From NCBI GenBank assembly GCA_964624765.1, contig CAZUZO010000002.1:15495-79494 (forward strand): a DNA stretch of 64,000 nucleotides. Reading direction: 5' to 3'. Source of the DNA: an uncultured Thiotrichales bacterium (lineage in GTDB: Bacteria; Pseudomonadota; Gammaproteobacteria; HK1). Position 1 is the first letter of the stretch. Every line of letters starts with the position of its first letter. Below, piece by piece: positions 28,023-36,496 of the stretch. Under the pieces are notes generated by a model. It did not search any database. It was not told the DNA's origin and saw only the letters and a list, made by a program, of their open reading frames with translations. Position numbers and translations under genes: made by a program.

Positions 28023-28976
28023 ATGAGCACTCCCGCACTGTCGATCCGTGCGCTGCGCAAGACCTACCGCAACGGTGTTCAAGCCCTCAAGGGTATTGAT
28101 CTGGATGTCCCCGCAGGAGATTTCTTTGCGTTGCTGGGTCCAAATGGTGCGGGCAAGTCCACCGCCATCGGTGCCATCACGTCTCTGATAACCAAGACTT
28201 CCGGCAAGGTTATCATTGGCGGACATGATCTGGATACGCAACCCGAGGCCGCCAAACGTCTCATTGGCCTGGTGCCCCAAGAATTCAACTTCAACGTATT
28301 CGAGCCGGTTCGGGAAATCGTCATCAATCAAGCCGGCTACTACGGGATCAGCCGCAAGAGGGCTCACCAACGTGCCGAGGAGAGTCTGACCCAACTCGGG
28401 CTTTGGAACAAACGCCACACGATTGCCAGGGAACTTTCCGGAGGAATGAAACGGCGTCTCATGATCGCCAGGGCTCTGGTACACGAGCCGAGAGTGTTGA
28501 TCCTCGATGAGCCCACTGCGGGAGTCGACATCGAAATCCGACGCTCTCTGTGGGAGCTTCTGCGGATCATCAATGCTAACGGCACCACCATCATACTCAC
28601 CACTCACTATCTGGAGGAGGCAGAGAGCCTCTGCCGAAACGTCGCCATCATCGCTGATGGCCGGATCATTGAAAACAGTGCCTTGCACGCTCTGCTGGGC
28701 AAATTGCAAACGGAGCTTTTCATTCTTTATTTCAAACAGCGAGTCCAGCAGCTACCAGTGGTGCCTGGCTATCGTTGTAAACTATTGGATGCCTATACTT
28801 GCGAAGTCGAAGTGACCAAAGACAAGGGCCTCAACGGCCTGTTTGAGGCCCTGTCACGCTTCGGTCTCGAGGTGATCAGTCTGCGCAACAAGCAGAATCG
28901 CCTGGAGCAGTTGTTTGTCGATCTGGTTGAGGGCAAAGGACAGAACGAGCAGGTGGCAGGGATGGGTGAGCGATGA
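28023..28976 (+). CDS. ABC transporter ATP-binding protein (ABC-2 / YadG-like)
   Basis: Walker A GPNGAGKST, signature LSGGMKRR, Walker B LILDEPT. Confidence 0.9.
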   Translation: MSTPALSIRALRKTYRNGVQALKGIDLDVPAGDFFALLGPNGAGKSTAIGAITSLITKTSGKVIIGGHDLDTQPEAAKRLIGLVPQEFNFNVFEPVREIVINQAGYYGISRKRAHQRAEESLTQLGLWNKRHTIARELSGGMKRRLMIARALVHEPRVLILDEPTAGVDIEIRRSLWELLRIINANGTTIILTTHYLEEAESLCRNVAIIADGRIIENSALHALLGKLQTELFILYFKQRVQQLPVVPGYRCKLLDAYTCEVEVTKDKGLNGLFEALSRFGLEVISLRNKQNRLEQLFVDLVEGKGQNEQVAGMGER

Positions 28977-29746
28977 GGTGTCGGGGCTGTGGGGTTGCCT
29001 ATCGGACGATTGTCACCAAGGAGGCGCTCCGCTTTCTGCGGATCTGGAAACAGACGGTATTGCCGGCAGCGGTGACGACCGTTTTGTATTTTGTTATCTT
29101 CGGAAAATTGATGGGCCAGCAGATAGGATCGATGTCAGGATATCGGTACATCGATTATATTGTTCCTGGGCTCATCCTCATGTCGGTCATCAGTAATGCC
29201 TATTCTAATGTTGTGTCGTCTTTCTACAGCACTAAGTTTCAGAGGCATATCGAGGAGTTGTTAATAGCACCGGTACCCAATTGGGTGATTTTGGCGGGAT
29301 ATGTCAGTGGCGGAGTTGCGCGTGGCATGCTGGTAGGCGGGGTGGTGGCGGCGATTTCCAGATGCTTCACGGACATTCCCATTAGCCACTTTCCCGCCAC
29401 CGTGATGGTCTTTGGTCTGACCGCCCTGGTGTTTTCCCTAGCCGGATTTATTAACGGTATATTCGCTAAATCTTTTGACGATATCTCCATTGTCCCGACC
29501 TTCGTGTTGACACCACTGACATACCTGGGCGGCGTATTCTATTCGATTGAACTCCTTCCTGAGTTTTGGAGGCAGCTATCGTTGGCAAACCCTATCCTCT
29601 ATATGGTGAATGCCTTTCGGTACGGGTTGCTCGGCGTTTCGGATATACCGATTGCTGTGGCCTTTGGTATCATCCTAGGGTTTGTCTTAGTGTTGACGGC
29701 ATTTAGTTTGTACTTGCTAGACCGAGGCGTTGGTATTAAGAGTTGA
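28973..29746 (+). CDS. ABC-2 type transporter permease (YadH-like)
   Basis: 257 aa with 6 TM segments. The N-terminus IVTKEALRFLRIWKQTVLPAAVTTVLYFVIFG resembles YadH. Its ATGA overlaps the ATPase stop. Confidence 0.9.
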   Translation: MRCRGCGVAYRTIVTKEALRFLRIWKQTVLPAAVTTVLYFVIFGKLMGQQIGSMSGYRYIDYIVPGLILMSVISNAYSNVVSSFYSTKFQRHIEELLIAPVPNWVILAGYVSGGVARGMLVGGVVAAISRCFTDIPISHFPATVMVFGLTALVFSLAGFINGIFAKSFDDISIVPTFVLTPLTYLGGVFYSIELLPEFWRQLSLANPILYMVNAFRYGLLGVSDIPIAVAFGIILGFVLVLTAFSLYLLDRGVGIKS

Positions 29747-29807
29747 CATTCCTACGGCGTCCCTTGCGGCCTCGGGTCGGCGGCCCCCAGGGGCAAAGAT
29801 CATCAAA

Positions 29808-29857
29808 CTGCCGAAACGATGGCCCCTGCCCGACGTAGCCTAACGATGACCATAGCC
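29808..29857 (+). repeat. type-3 motif, two tandem partial copies
   Basis: CTGCCGAAACGATGGCCCCTGCC followed by CCTAACGATGACCATAGCC. Confidence 0.5.
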
Positions 29858-29895
29858 AGGTTTCTCCAACTTGCGAGGAGTCGTGTCGGTAAGCC

Positions 29896-30582
29896 ATGAG
29901 CATCAAGTGTGTTACGTTCGATTTGGACGATACGTTGTGGGATTGTGAACCGGTGCTCGCGCGTGCCGAGGCGGTACTGTACGACTGGTTGGCTTGTAAT
30001 TATCCGCGAGTGGTCGATCGCTATTCCGCGGGCGAGTTGACTGCCCATCGTAAGGACTACGTCTCGCGTTATCCGCAGCTGCAGCATGATATCACGTTGC
30101 TGCGAAAGCAGTGGCTGACCTTTATTCTTACCGAATCCGATTATGATCCGGAGTCTGTCGAGACCGGATTCAAGCTATTTTGGCTCGCGCGTAACGAGGT
30201 GGCTCTATTTGAAGGTGTCCGGCAGGTGCTGAACGCGCTGCAGGGTGTGTATCTTTTGGGTGCCATTACCAACGGCAACGCCGATGTTTATCACATCGGA
30301 ATCGGCCACTACTTTGATTTCGTGGTGACAGCGGCGGAGGCAGGCGTCCCCAAGCCCAATGCGCGGATCTTTCAGCTGGCGCTGGCGAAGGGCCGCGTGC
30401 GAGCAGAGGAAACGGTGCATGTGGGCGACGATCCGCAGCGCGACGTCATGGGTGCTGGGGCGGTGGGTATGCGCACAGTCTGGATCAATCCGCACCGACG
30501 AGCCTGGGACGGTACGGAAACCCCCGATGCGGTGATCTCGTCTGTCACGCAATTGGGTGCAGTGCTGGAATCTTGGACATAA
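29896..30582 (+). CDS. HAD-IA family hydrolase
   Basis: Motif I VTFDLDDTLW, a late motif VGDDPQRDVMGA, and a cap domain between them. Confidence 0.85.
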   Translation: MSIKCVTFDLDDTLWDCEPVLARAEAVLYDWLACNYPRVVDRYSAGELTAHRKDYVSRYPQLQHDITLLRKQWLTFILTESDYDPESVETGFKLFWLARNEVALFEGVRQVLNALQGVYLLGAITNGNADVYHIGIGHYFDFVVTAAEAGVPKPNARIFQLALAKGRVRAEETVHVGDDPQRDVMGAGAVGMRTVWINPHRRAWDGTETPDAVISSVTQLGAVLESWT

Positions 30583-30602
30583 TCTTGGGAGTTCAAAGCA
30601 TT

Positions 30603-30836
30603 ATGGCTATTCGGGTCCGTTACTTTGCTAGCTTGAGGGAGCGCATGGGGCGAGCCGAGGATCGCCTGGACGTGGGACGGATCACCACGGTGGAGGACGT
30701 CTGGCGCAAAGTTTCGGGTGAAAGGGCTTTGCCGGCGAACACGCTCATGGCGATCAATATGCAATATGCAGACAGCACTCAGCGGGTCTGCGACGGAGAC
30801 GAAGTGGCCTTTTTTCCGCCGGTGACGGGGGGCTGA
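30603..30836 (+). CDS. moaD: MoaD/ThiS-family sulfur carrier (molybdopterin synthase small subunit-like)
   Basis: MAIRVRYFASLRERMG...DGDEVAFFPPVTGG ends in the diagnostic GG. The track ORF start at 30573 overlaps the HAD gene, so ATG 30603 is preferred. No moaE is adjacent. Confidence 0.8.
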   Translation: MAIRVRYFASLRERMGRAEDRLDVGRITTVEDVWRKVSGERALPANTLMAINMQYADSTQRVCDGDEVAFFPPVTGG

Positions 30837-30966
30837 GAGGTTGTGAAAAAACCGTAGCGAGCGGCCCGAGAGCAAGGCGGAACGCTGTTCAAAATCGTGC
30901 CAGACGATTTTGTCGCCGCCGTGCGCCTTGCTCTGCCGGCGCGCGCGACAGTTTTACAACAGCTTG
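30837..30966. mobile_element. hybrid type-2/type-1 element, near-perfect 130-bp palindrome
   Basis: Left half has the type-2 terminus and core arm (GAGGTTGTGAAAAAACCGTAGCGAGCGGCCCGAGAGCAAGGCGG). The centre is a CAAAATCGT-GCCAG-ACGATTTTG hairpin. The right half is the reverse complement of the type-1 left end (GCGCCTTGCTCTGCCGGCGCGCGCGACAGTTTTACAACAGCTTG). It fills exactly the gap between the moaD stop (30834-30836) and the kinase stop (30967-30969). Confidence 0.85.
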
Positions 30967-32262
30967 TTAGGGGTGATTGGTGACGAGCCGGCCGGTTGTT
31001 GAGCCTAGACGATCGATTAGGATGGCCACAAAGGCTTGATAGAAGCGGTGCTGACAATGCGCTGAGGTGGCATTGAGGAGCCCTGTGTTGACCCGCAGCG
31101 CTGAGACGCGGGTTTGCGCGATCACGTTAGCACTGCGCTTTCGTTTACCTAACGCGCCCATTTCGCCGAAGCAATCCCCAACACTCAGGGTCGCGATGGT
31201 AGCCTCGCCTCGTCGCACGAGGACGCTTCCGGAGGCAATGATAAAGAAGTCTGCGGCAGTCTCCCCTTCTAGGAGGATGTTCACCCCCGCCGCGAATTCC
31301 TGCCAGGTGCTGGCATGGATTACCTCGGCTATCTCAGAGCGCGAGAAATCCGTAAAGAAACGAAGTTTCGCGATGCGCTCGAAGGAGGTCTGGTCGGTTA
31401 GCTTTTTGCTCCGGCGCCGAGAGCTGTCTAACACGAGGCTGAGATCTCCGGCCAAATCCATACCAGTCTTGTAGCGGTCTTGTGGATGCTTTTGCAGTGC
31501 TCGATGCAGGATTCGTCCTACCAGGGGCGAGACATCGGGCCTTAGAGCTTTGACCGATTGGGGGTGCTCGTGAAGGATGCGATGCGCGATGGAGGCCAGG
31601 GTATGGCTGGCGAAAGGATGCTGGCCCGTGAGTAGCTCGTACATGACGACGCCGAGGGAGAAGAGGTCGGTTTGCGGGTTGACGATCTCCTCGCGTACCT
31701 GTTCTGGTGACATATATAGTGGAGAGCCGACATAGCCCAAGAACTGGGTGTTGGTGACATCGAGCTGAGAGGCGATGGCGATGCCAAAATCCCCGATTTT
31801 GACGTCTTGGGATTCGGTCAGCAGAATATTTCTCGGCTTGATGTCGCGGTGAACGACTCCATTTCGGTGGGCGTAGTCCAGTGCCACGGCGCAGTTTCGG
31901 ACGGCGTTGATGACGTCTCTAATGGGCAGCAGGCTAGCGGGTTGACAGTGCGCTTGCAGCGTACGCCCCCCTGGAATGTATTCCATGACAAGGTAGTAGA
32001 GGTCGTCGACGATGCCTGCGTCATAGACGGAAACGATGTTGGGGTGTTGCAGTATCTTGGCGATCTTGGCCTCATTGAAGAAAAGCTTACGGTAGCGTTC
32101 GCCCTCCTCAGCGTGATGCAGGACTTCCGGATGGGCCACCTTGATCGCGACCTCCTGATGGGTTAAGGGATCGTGGCCGAGGTATACGCTACCCATATTC
32201 CCGCGCCCGATTGGTTTGACGATAAAGTACTGCCCAAGGGTGCGGTTTTCTAAGCCTTCCAT
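30967..32262 (-). CDS. Ser/Thr protein kinase with C-terminal cyclic-nucleotide-binding domain
   Basis: Kinase motifs GRGNMGSVY, AIKV, HRDIKPRNIL, DFG and SPEQ. The C-terminal CAP_ED-like domain contains GDCFGEMGAL. The track ORF starts at TTG 32406, but ATG 32262 (MEGLENRTLGQY) is preferred. Confidence 0.85.
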   Translation of the reverse strand: MEGLENRTLGQYFIVKPIGRGNMGSVYLGHDPLTHQEVAIKVAHPEVLHHAEEGERYRKLFFNEAKIAKILQHPNIVSVYDAGIVDDLYYLVMEYIPGGRTLQAHCQPASLLPIRDVINAVRNCAVALDYAHRNGVVHRDIKPRNILLTESQDVKIGDFGIAIASQLDVTNTQFLGYVGSPLYMSPEQVREEIVNPQTDLFSLGVVMYELLTGQHPFASHTLASIAHRILHEHPQSVKALRPDVSPLVGRILHRALQKHPQDRYKTGMDLAGDLSLVLDSSRRRSKKLTDQTSFERIAKLRFFTDFSRSEIAEVIHASTWQEFAAGVNILLEGETAADFFIIASGSVLVRRGEATIATLSVGDCFGEMGALGKRKRSANVIAQTRVSALRVNTGLLNATSAHCQHRFYQAFVAILIDRLGSTTGRLVTNHP

Positions 32263-32597
32263 GGTCTTTGGTGGATATCCGAGAGAGGGTGAGGAGGGGC
32301 TGATTTGTGACAGCGCAGCGGGTCGAACGCCATGGCGCGTGGTCGATAACGTGATTGAGAAGGGTACGGGATGGCCCTCGTTAGCCGATTGACCTGGATC
32401 GGCCAAAGAGGGGGGCTGCCGAGCGTCGCGACCGCCCCTCGGCTAGATGCCGCCAGGGCGAGTACAGCGTGTTGGCCCATAATGGCTAAGTGGGGAATAG
32501 GCTGCGGGGAAGCCATGCTAGCGACGTTGAGGATTTCTGGGTGACGTCCTATAGGTTTTGAATCGTCGCGCCATCGAATCACAGAAGAGGATTTTAT

Positions 32598-33959
32598 ATG
32601 ACTGCGTATGGCACCTCATCGGCCAACGGGCCTATTTCCTTAGAAACAGTGGGGCGCGACCTAAGTAGTCTGCGATCCCATCACTATTTTGTCGGCGACG
32701 GCGCAAAGGCCGCGGCTTGCCCCGGCTGCCGGCGCGGTTCTGGAGCTGCGCTGCTGGTACTGCCGAGGCTGATTAAGCGAGCGATCCTTGGCATGGCTAT
32801 CGTCACAGTGCTTTTTCTGCTGGGACGCAGTATTGTTGACAGCCTCATGGCCCGGCTGGACTACCAGCGGGCAGTGCATGCAGACCGGACGGCTGTCAGC
32901 GCTGGCGTGCAAGCGCAGGTCAAGCCTGAGGTTCTGTTGGTCTATCGCAACAAGGATGGAAGGCGCACTCGGGTGTTGGCAGATGAGGAGCGGTTCTCCT
33001 CCTTTGTGCGTCAGCAGGTTGCCGAGCTCGAGAACGCCAGGACGGCGTTGCGGGCTCGTGCCGCGCCCAGACTGCACTCCAACGCAGCCCCTGTTTTTGC
33101 CGCGATGCAACGCAGGGTCGATACGTTCGGTGATTGGTACTTCGCTTGGGGTACCTCCTACGACTTGGTTGCAAAGGCTCTCATGTCCACTGCTTCGAAC
33201 GCCGTTCGCCCCGGCGTCATGGGCGTAGCGGAAGCGGTCGAGTACGACCTTGAGCGTTATATCGAAAGACAGTATCGAGACATCGTCTTGCAGCCAGAGC
33301 ACTCCGACGTGGCACTGGAACAAAGTTATAAAGACACGTTGTCCGGGTTGTATGAAGGTTTTGTCTCGTCCATGGAGGCTTTCGATCAGGCGTTTCAGAA
33401 TTTTGTTCTGCGCAACACCGACTATTCGACAGACCCTTTGGACACCCAGCGGGTGCGATTGGCCTTCGACTGGGACAATCAGGCGAAAAAGCTCTCGGTC
33501 GCCGGCTATGAACAGGGGTTTGCCAGACCGGTCATAGGCGTAACGTTAATCAGCGGGACGGCGCTGGCGGGTCGGGCCGGTGGGGCGGCTGCCGGCAAGG
33601 TGATTGAACAGGCTACTATGGGACGCAGCAGCGCAGCGGCGGTAGGTGGCATGGGTGCGAGGCTCGCGACACCGTACCTGGGGCGGTTGGCGGCGGCTGC
33701 CACCGGCGCCACGATTGGTGCCGTTTCGGGGCCGGCCGGGGCCATACTGGGTGCCGTAGCGGGGTTAGGATGTGACTACGCGCTGAACGAGGCGGTGGAA
33801 TTTGTGCAGCGTGCGGGCTTCGAGGCGGAAGTGTTATCGACGTTAAAAGCCCACGAGCATCATTGGCAAGTGACCATGCTGTCCTCCCTGGAGGGTGCTG
33901 TGGATATCTGGTTCGGTGACGTGACTCAATTGCTGGTACGTTACCAGGATGGCAGGTGA
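32598..33959 (+). CDS. hypothetical membrane protein (453 aa) with C-terminal Gly/Ala-rich (glycine-zipper-like) region
   Basis: AAGAGGA lies 7 nt upstream of the ATG. One N-terminal TM (ILGMAIVTVLFLLG). Late segment GTALAGRAGGAAAGK...AAAATGATIGAVSGPAGAILGAVAGLG. No family recognised. Confidence 0.65.
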   Translation: MTAYGTSSANGPISLETVGRDLSSLRSHHYFVGDGAKAAACPGCRRGSGAALLVLPRLIKRAILGMAIVTVLFLLGRSIVDSLMARLDYQRAVHADRTAVSAGVQAQVKPEVLLVYRNKDGRRTRVLADEERFSSFVRQQVAELENARTALRARAAPRLHSNAAPVFAAMQRRVDTFGDWYFAWGTSYDLVAKALMSTASNAVRPGVMGVAEAVEYDLERYIERQYRDIVLQPEHSDVALEQSYKDTLSGLYEGFVSSMEAFDQAFQNFVLRNTDYSTDPLDTQRVRLAFDWDNQAKKLSVAGYEQGFARPVIGVTLISGTALAGRAGGAAAGKVIEQATMGRSSAAAVGGMGARLATPYLGRLAAAATGATIGAVSGPAGAILGAVAGLGCDYALNEAVEFVQRAGFEAEVLSTLKAHEHHWQVTMLSSLEGAVDIWFGDVTQLLVRYQDGR

Positions 33960-34014
33960 GCGGGCTATGCGGCGAGAAAACCTCGCGGCTCGGTTCATAC
34001 GGGAGTAGTTCAAG

Positions 34015-34836
34015 ATGCAGATCCGCCTCGGATACGAGTTAACCTACGAATGTCCGCAGCCGACACCCATGATTTTGATGCTGAACATCCATTTTACCCG
34101 CGTGTCCGATCTGGTCGTTGCCGACCACATCATCACCAGCCCCACGACCCCCATCACTGCCTATCGCGACGGTTTCGGAAATTGGTGCAGCCGTATCGTC
34201 GCCCCGCCCGGTGATCTGCGTATTGTCACGGACGCGATCGTCAACGACAGCGGGTTACCGGACAGGGTCGACCCGTCGGCCCAGCAGCACGCCGTGGAGA
34301 ATCTTCCGGCGGAGACGCTGGTGTTTCTGCTCGGTAGCCGCTATTGCGAAACCGACCGGCTCTCGGAAACAGCGTGGTCTCTGTTCGGTCAGACAGAGAC
34401 GGGATGGCCGCGCGTACAAGCGATCTGCGATTTCGTCCACGGGCACCTGGCCTTCGGTTACCCCTATGCCCGGGCGACCAAGACTGCACTGGAAGCGTTT
34501 AATGAACGTACGGGTGTGTGTCGCGACTATACCCACCTGGCCGTCACCTTTTGCCGTTGCATGAATATTCCAGCGCGGTACTGCACCGGCTACTTGGGTG
34601 ACATAGGGGTCCCGGCTTCGCCGGATCCCATGGACTTCTCGGCCTGGTTCGAGGCGTACTTAGGTGGCCGCTGGCATACCTTCGATCCGCGCAATAACAT
34701 GCCGCGTATCGGGCGCGTGCTCATTGCCCAGGGCCGAGATGCGGCGGACGTGCCGATCAGTAATACCTTCGGCCCTAATGTGCTTAAAGGCTTCAAGGTG
34801 TGGACAGACGAAGTGAAGGCTCCACCGGAATGTTAA
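34015..34836 (+). CDS. transglutaminase-like family protein (Bact_transglu_N + transglutaminase core)
   Basis: Catalytic Cys context TGVCRDYTHLAVTFCRCMNIPARYCTGY, with later H/D (WHTFDP). Confidence 0.85.
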   Translation: MQIRLGYELTYECPQPTPMILMLNIHFTRVSDLVVADHIITSPTTPITAYRDGFGNWCSRIVAPPGDLRIVTDAIVNDSGLPDRVDPSAQQHAVENLPAETLVFLLGSRYCETDRLSETAWSLFGQTETGWPRVQAICDFVHGHLAFGYPYARATKTALEAFNERTGVCRDYTHLAVTFCRCMNIPARYCTGYLGDIGVPASPDPMDFSAWFEAYLGGRWHTFDPRNNMPRIGRVLIAQGRDAADVPISNTFGPNVLKGFKVWTDEVKAPPEC

Positions 34837-34924
34837 GAGCGGCCTTGAAACGACCGCACTTACGCCTGGTGTTGAGGCTGCGACAAGGGATCGGCTGCGG
34901 TCCTAGAGACAGTTAGGTATCGAA

Positions 34925-35764
34925 ATGATGACCCTTAACGATAGGAACGTCGCGCCATCGTCCTGGTTGGGGTCCGATGAGGCACCCGCCGTCGAGATAG
35001 TCAATGCCGATGGGGCCAGTAGCGCGGTGCTGGTTTGCGATCACGCTTCCAATCGGGTGCCTCGACGGCTCGGTACGTTGGGCCTTGAGGCGTCGCAATT
35101 GGTCGATCACATCGCGTGGGATCCGGGGGCGGCTGACGTGGCGCGCCGTCTTGCGACGTACCTCGATGCGCCCCTCGTGTTGAGCGGCTACTCGCGTCTC
35201 GTCATCGACTGCAATCGACCGCTCGATAGAGCGGAATCCATTGCCGAGCAAAGTGCCGGCATCCCCATTCCAGGTAACCGTGGGCTGTCGCCTGGAGAGA
35301 GAGACACCCGCATCGATGCGCTGTTTTGGCCTTACCACAACGCCATCAGATGGCTGCTGGATGCCCGTTCCCGGCGCTCTAGTCTGCTGCTTAGCATTCA
35401 CAGTTTCACCCCAGTGCTAAACGGCCGGTCGCGACCGTGGCACATCGGCATCTCCTATGGGCGCGAGCGTCGTCTCGCCACGCTGCTGCTTGGAACGCTT
35501 ACCCGCGGCGGGAATTTTACCGTCGGCGATAACGAGCCTTACCCCATCGAACGAGAGGTCGACTACACCATCCCCGTGCACGGTGAGGGTCGTGGATTAC
35601 CGAGCGCCATGATCGAGATCCGCCAAGACGGCATTCGGACCGCGGTGGACGCCGCCGCTTGGGCAGCGCGGTTGGCGGAGGCCTATCGGCAGGTAGAAGC
35701 TAAAGCACTCGGTGGCCTCGGGGCTTTATCCAGTGCCTTTTCGCATCCTGGCAACGGTGACTAA
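34925..35764 (+). CDS. N-formylglutamate amidohydrolase family protein
   Basis: VLVCDHASNRVP...SGYSRLVIDCNR...SIHSFTP...NEPY follow the FGase family motifs. Confidence 0.8.
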   Translation: MMTLNDRNVAPSSWLGSDEAPAVEIVNADGASSAVLVCDHASNRVPRRLGTLGLEASQLVDHIAWDPGAADVARRLATYLDAPLVLSGYSRLVIDCNRPLDRAESIAEQSAGIPIPGNRGLSPGERDTRIDALFWPYHNAIRWLLDARSRRSSLLLSIHSFTPVLNGRSRPWHIGISYGRERRLATLLLGTLTRGGNFTVGDNEPYPIEREVDYTIPVHGEGRGLPSAMIEIRQDGIRTAVDAAAWAARLAEAYRQVEAKALGGLGALSSAFSHPGNGD

Positions 35765-35772
35765 ATTCGGCG

Positions 35773-36429
35773 ATGGCTGCGCGCCCTGACGCTTTACTGC
35801 TCGTCGCCCCCGGCTGCGTATATTGCCCGATTGTGCTTCAGTCTCTCGCCGATGCCATCAAGGCCGGTCGCCTCGCTCGGTTAGAGGTGGTCAACACGGT
35901 GGAATATCCGGAGGTGGCGAAGGCGGTCGGGACCCGCACTGTCCCCTGGTTACGGATTGGCCCCTTTGAGCTCGATGGCAACTACACGCCGGGCGAACTG
36001 GCAGAGTGGATCGAACACGCTGCTCAGGGTACCGGCTGGGAGCAGTATTTCAGCTCGCTACTGGCCCAGGGTAGACTGCTGCAGGCGCTGAAGCGGGTGC
36101 AAGAGGATCCCGCGCGCCTGGCGCAGGTCATCGCTCTGGCGGGCTCACTGGACACTCCGATGGCGGTGCGTGTCGGGGTCAGTGCCGTACTGGAAGAGTT
36201 GGCAGGCAGTACCGCGCTGCGTCGCCACATACCGGAGCTGGTGGCACTCACCCGATCGCCAGAGCCGCAGGTTCGCGCCGATGCCTGTCATTACTTGGCG
36301 CTGACGAACACTTGCAAGGCGGCCGAGCACGTGCGGCCGCTACTGGATGACGGGGACGCTTCCGTGCGCGAGATTGCTCAGGAGACACTCGACTGGTTGG
36401 CCGCGAAGCCTCACCAGGAGCTGTCTTGA
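35773..36429 (+). CDS. thioredoxin-fold protein with C-terminal HEAT-like repeats
   Basis: N-terminal CxxC (APGCVYCPIV) in a glutaredoxin/thioredoxin-like fold. The helical repeat C-half includes PQVRADACHYLA and ASVREIAQETL. Starts 8 nt after the previous gene. Confidence 0.7.
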   Translation: MAARPDALLLVAPGCVYCPIVLQSLADAIKAGRLARLEVVNTVEYPEVAKAVGTRTVPWLRIGPFELDGNYTPGELAEWIEHAAQGTGWEQYFSSLLAQGRLLQALKRVQEDPARLAQVIALAGSLDTPMAVRVGVSAVLEELAGSTALRRHIPELVALTRSPEPQVRADACHYLALTNTCKAAEHVRPLLDDGDASVREIAQETLDWLAAKPHQELS

Positions 36430-36496
36430 GAACCACGGCCCTTGCCTGAGCTGCGATTGCAAGGCGGTATGCCATCCCTCGCCTTGCTGAGTCTAC
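36430..36496 (-). repeat. mini / heavily deleted type-1-like element between convergent stop codons
   Basis: CCCTTGCCTGAGCTGCGATTGCAAGGCGG...CGCCTTGCTGAG contains the reverse complement of the type-1 right arm (CTTGCCTGAGCTGCG.TTGC) and of the core arm (CGCCTTGCT). It is bounded by TGA 36427-36429 and CTA 36497-36499. Confidence 0.5.
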
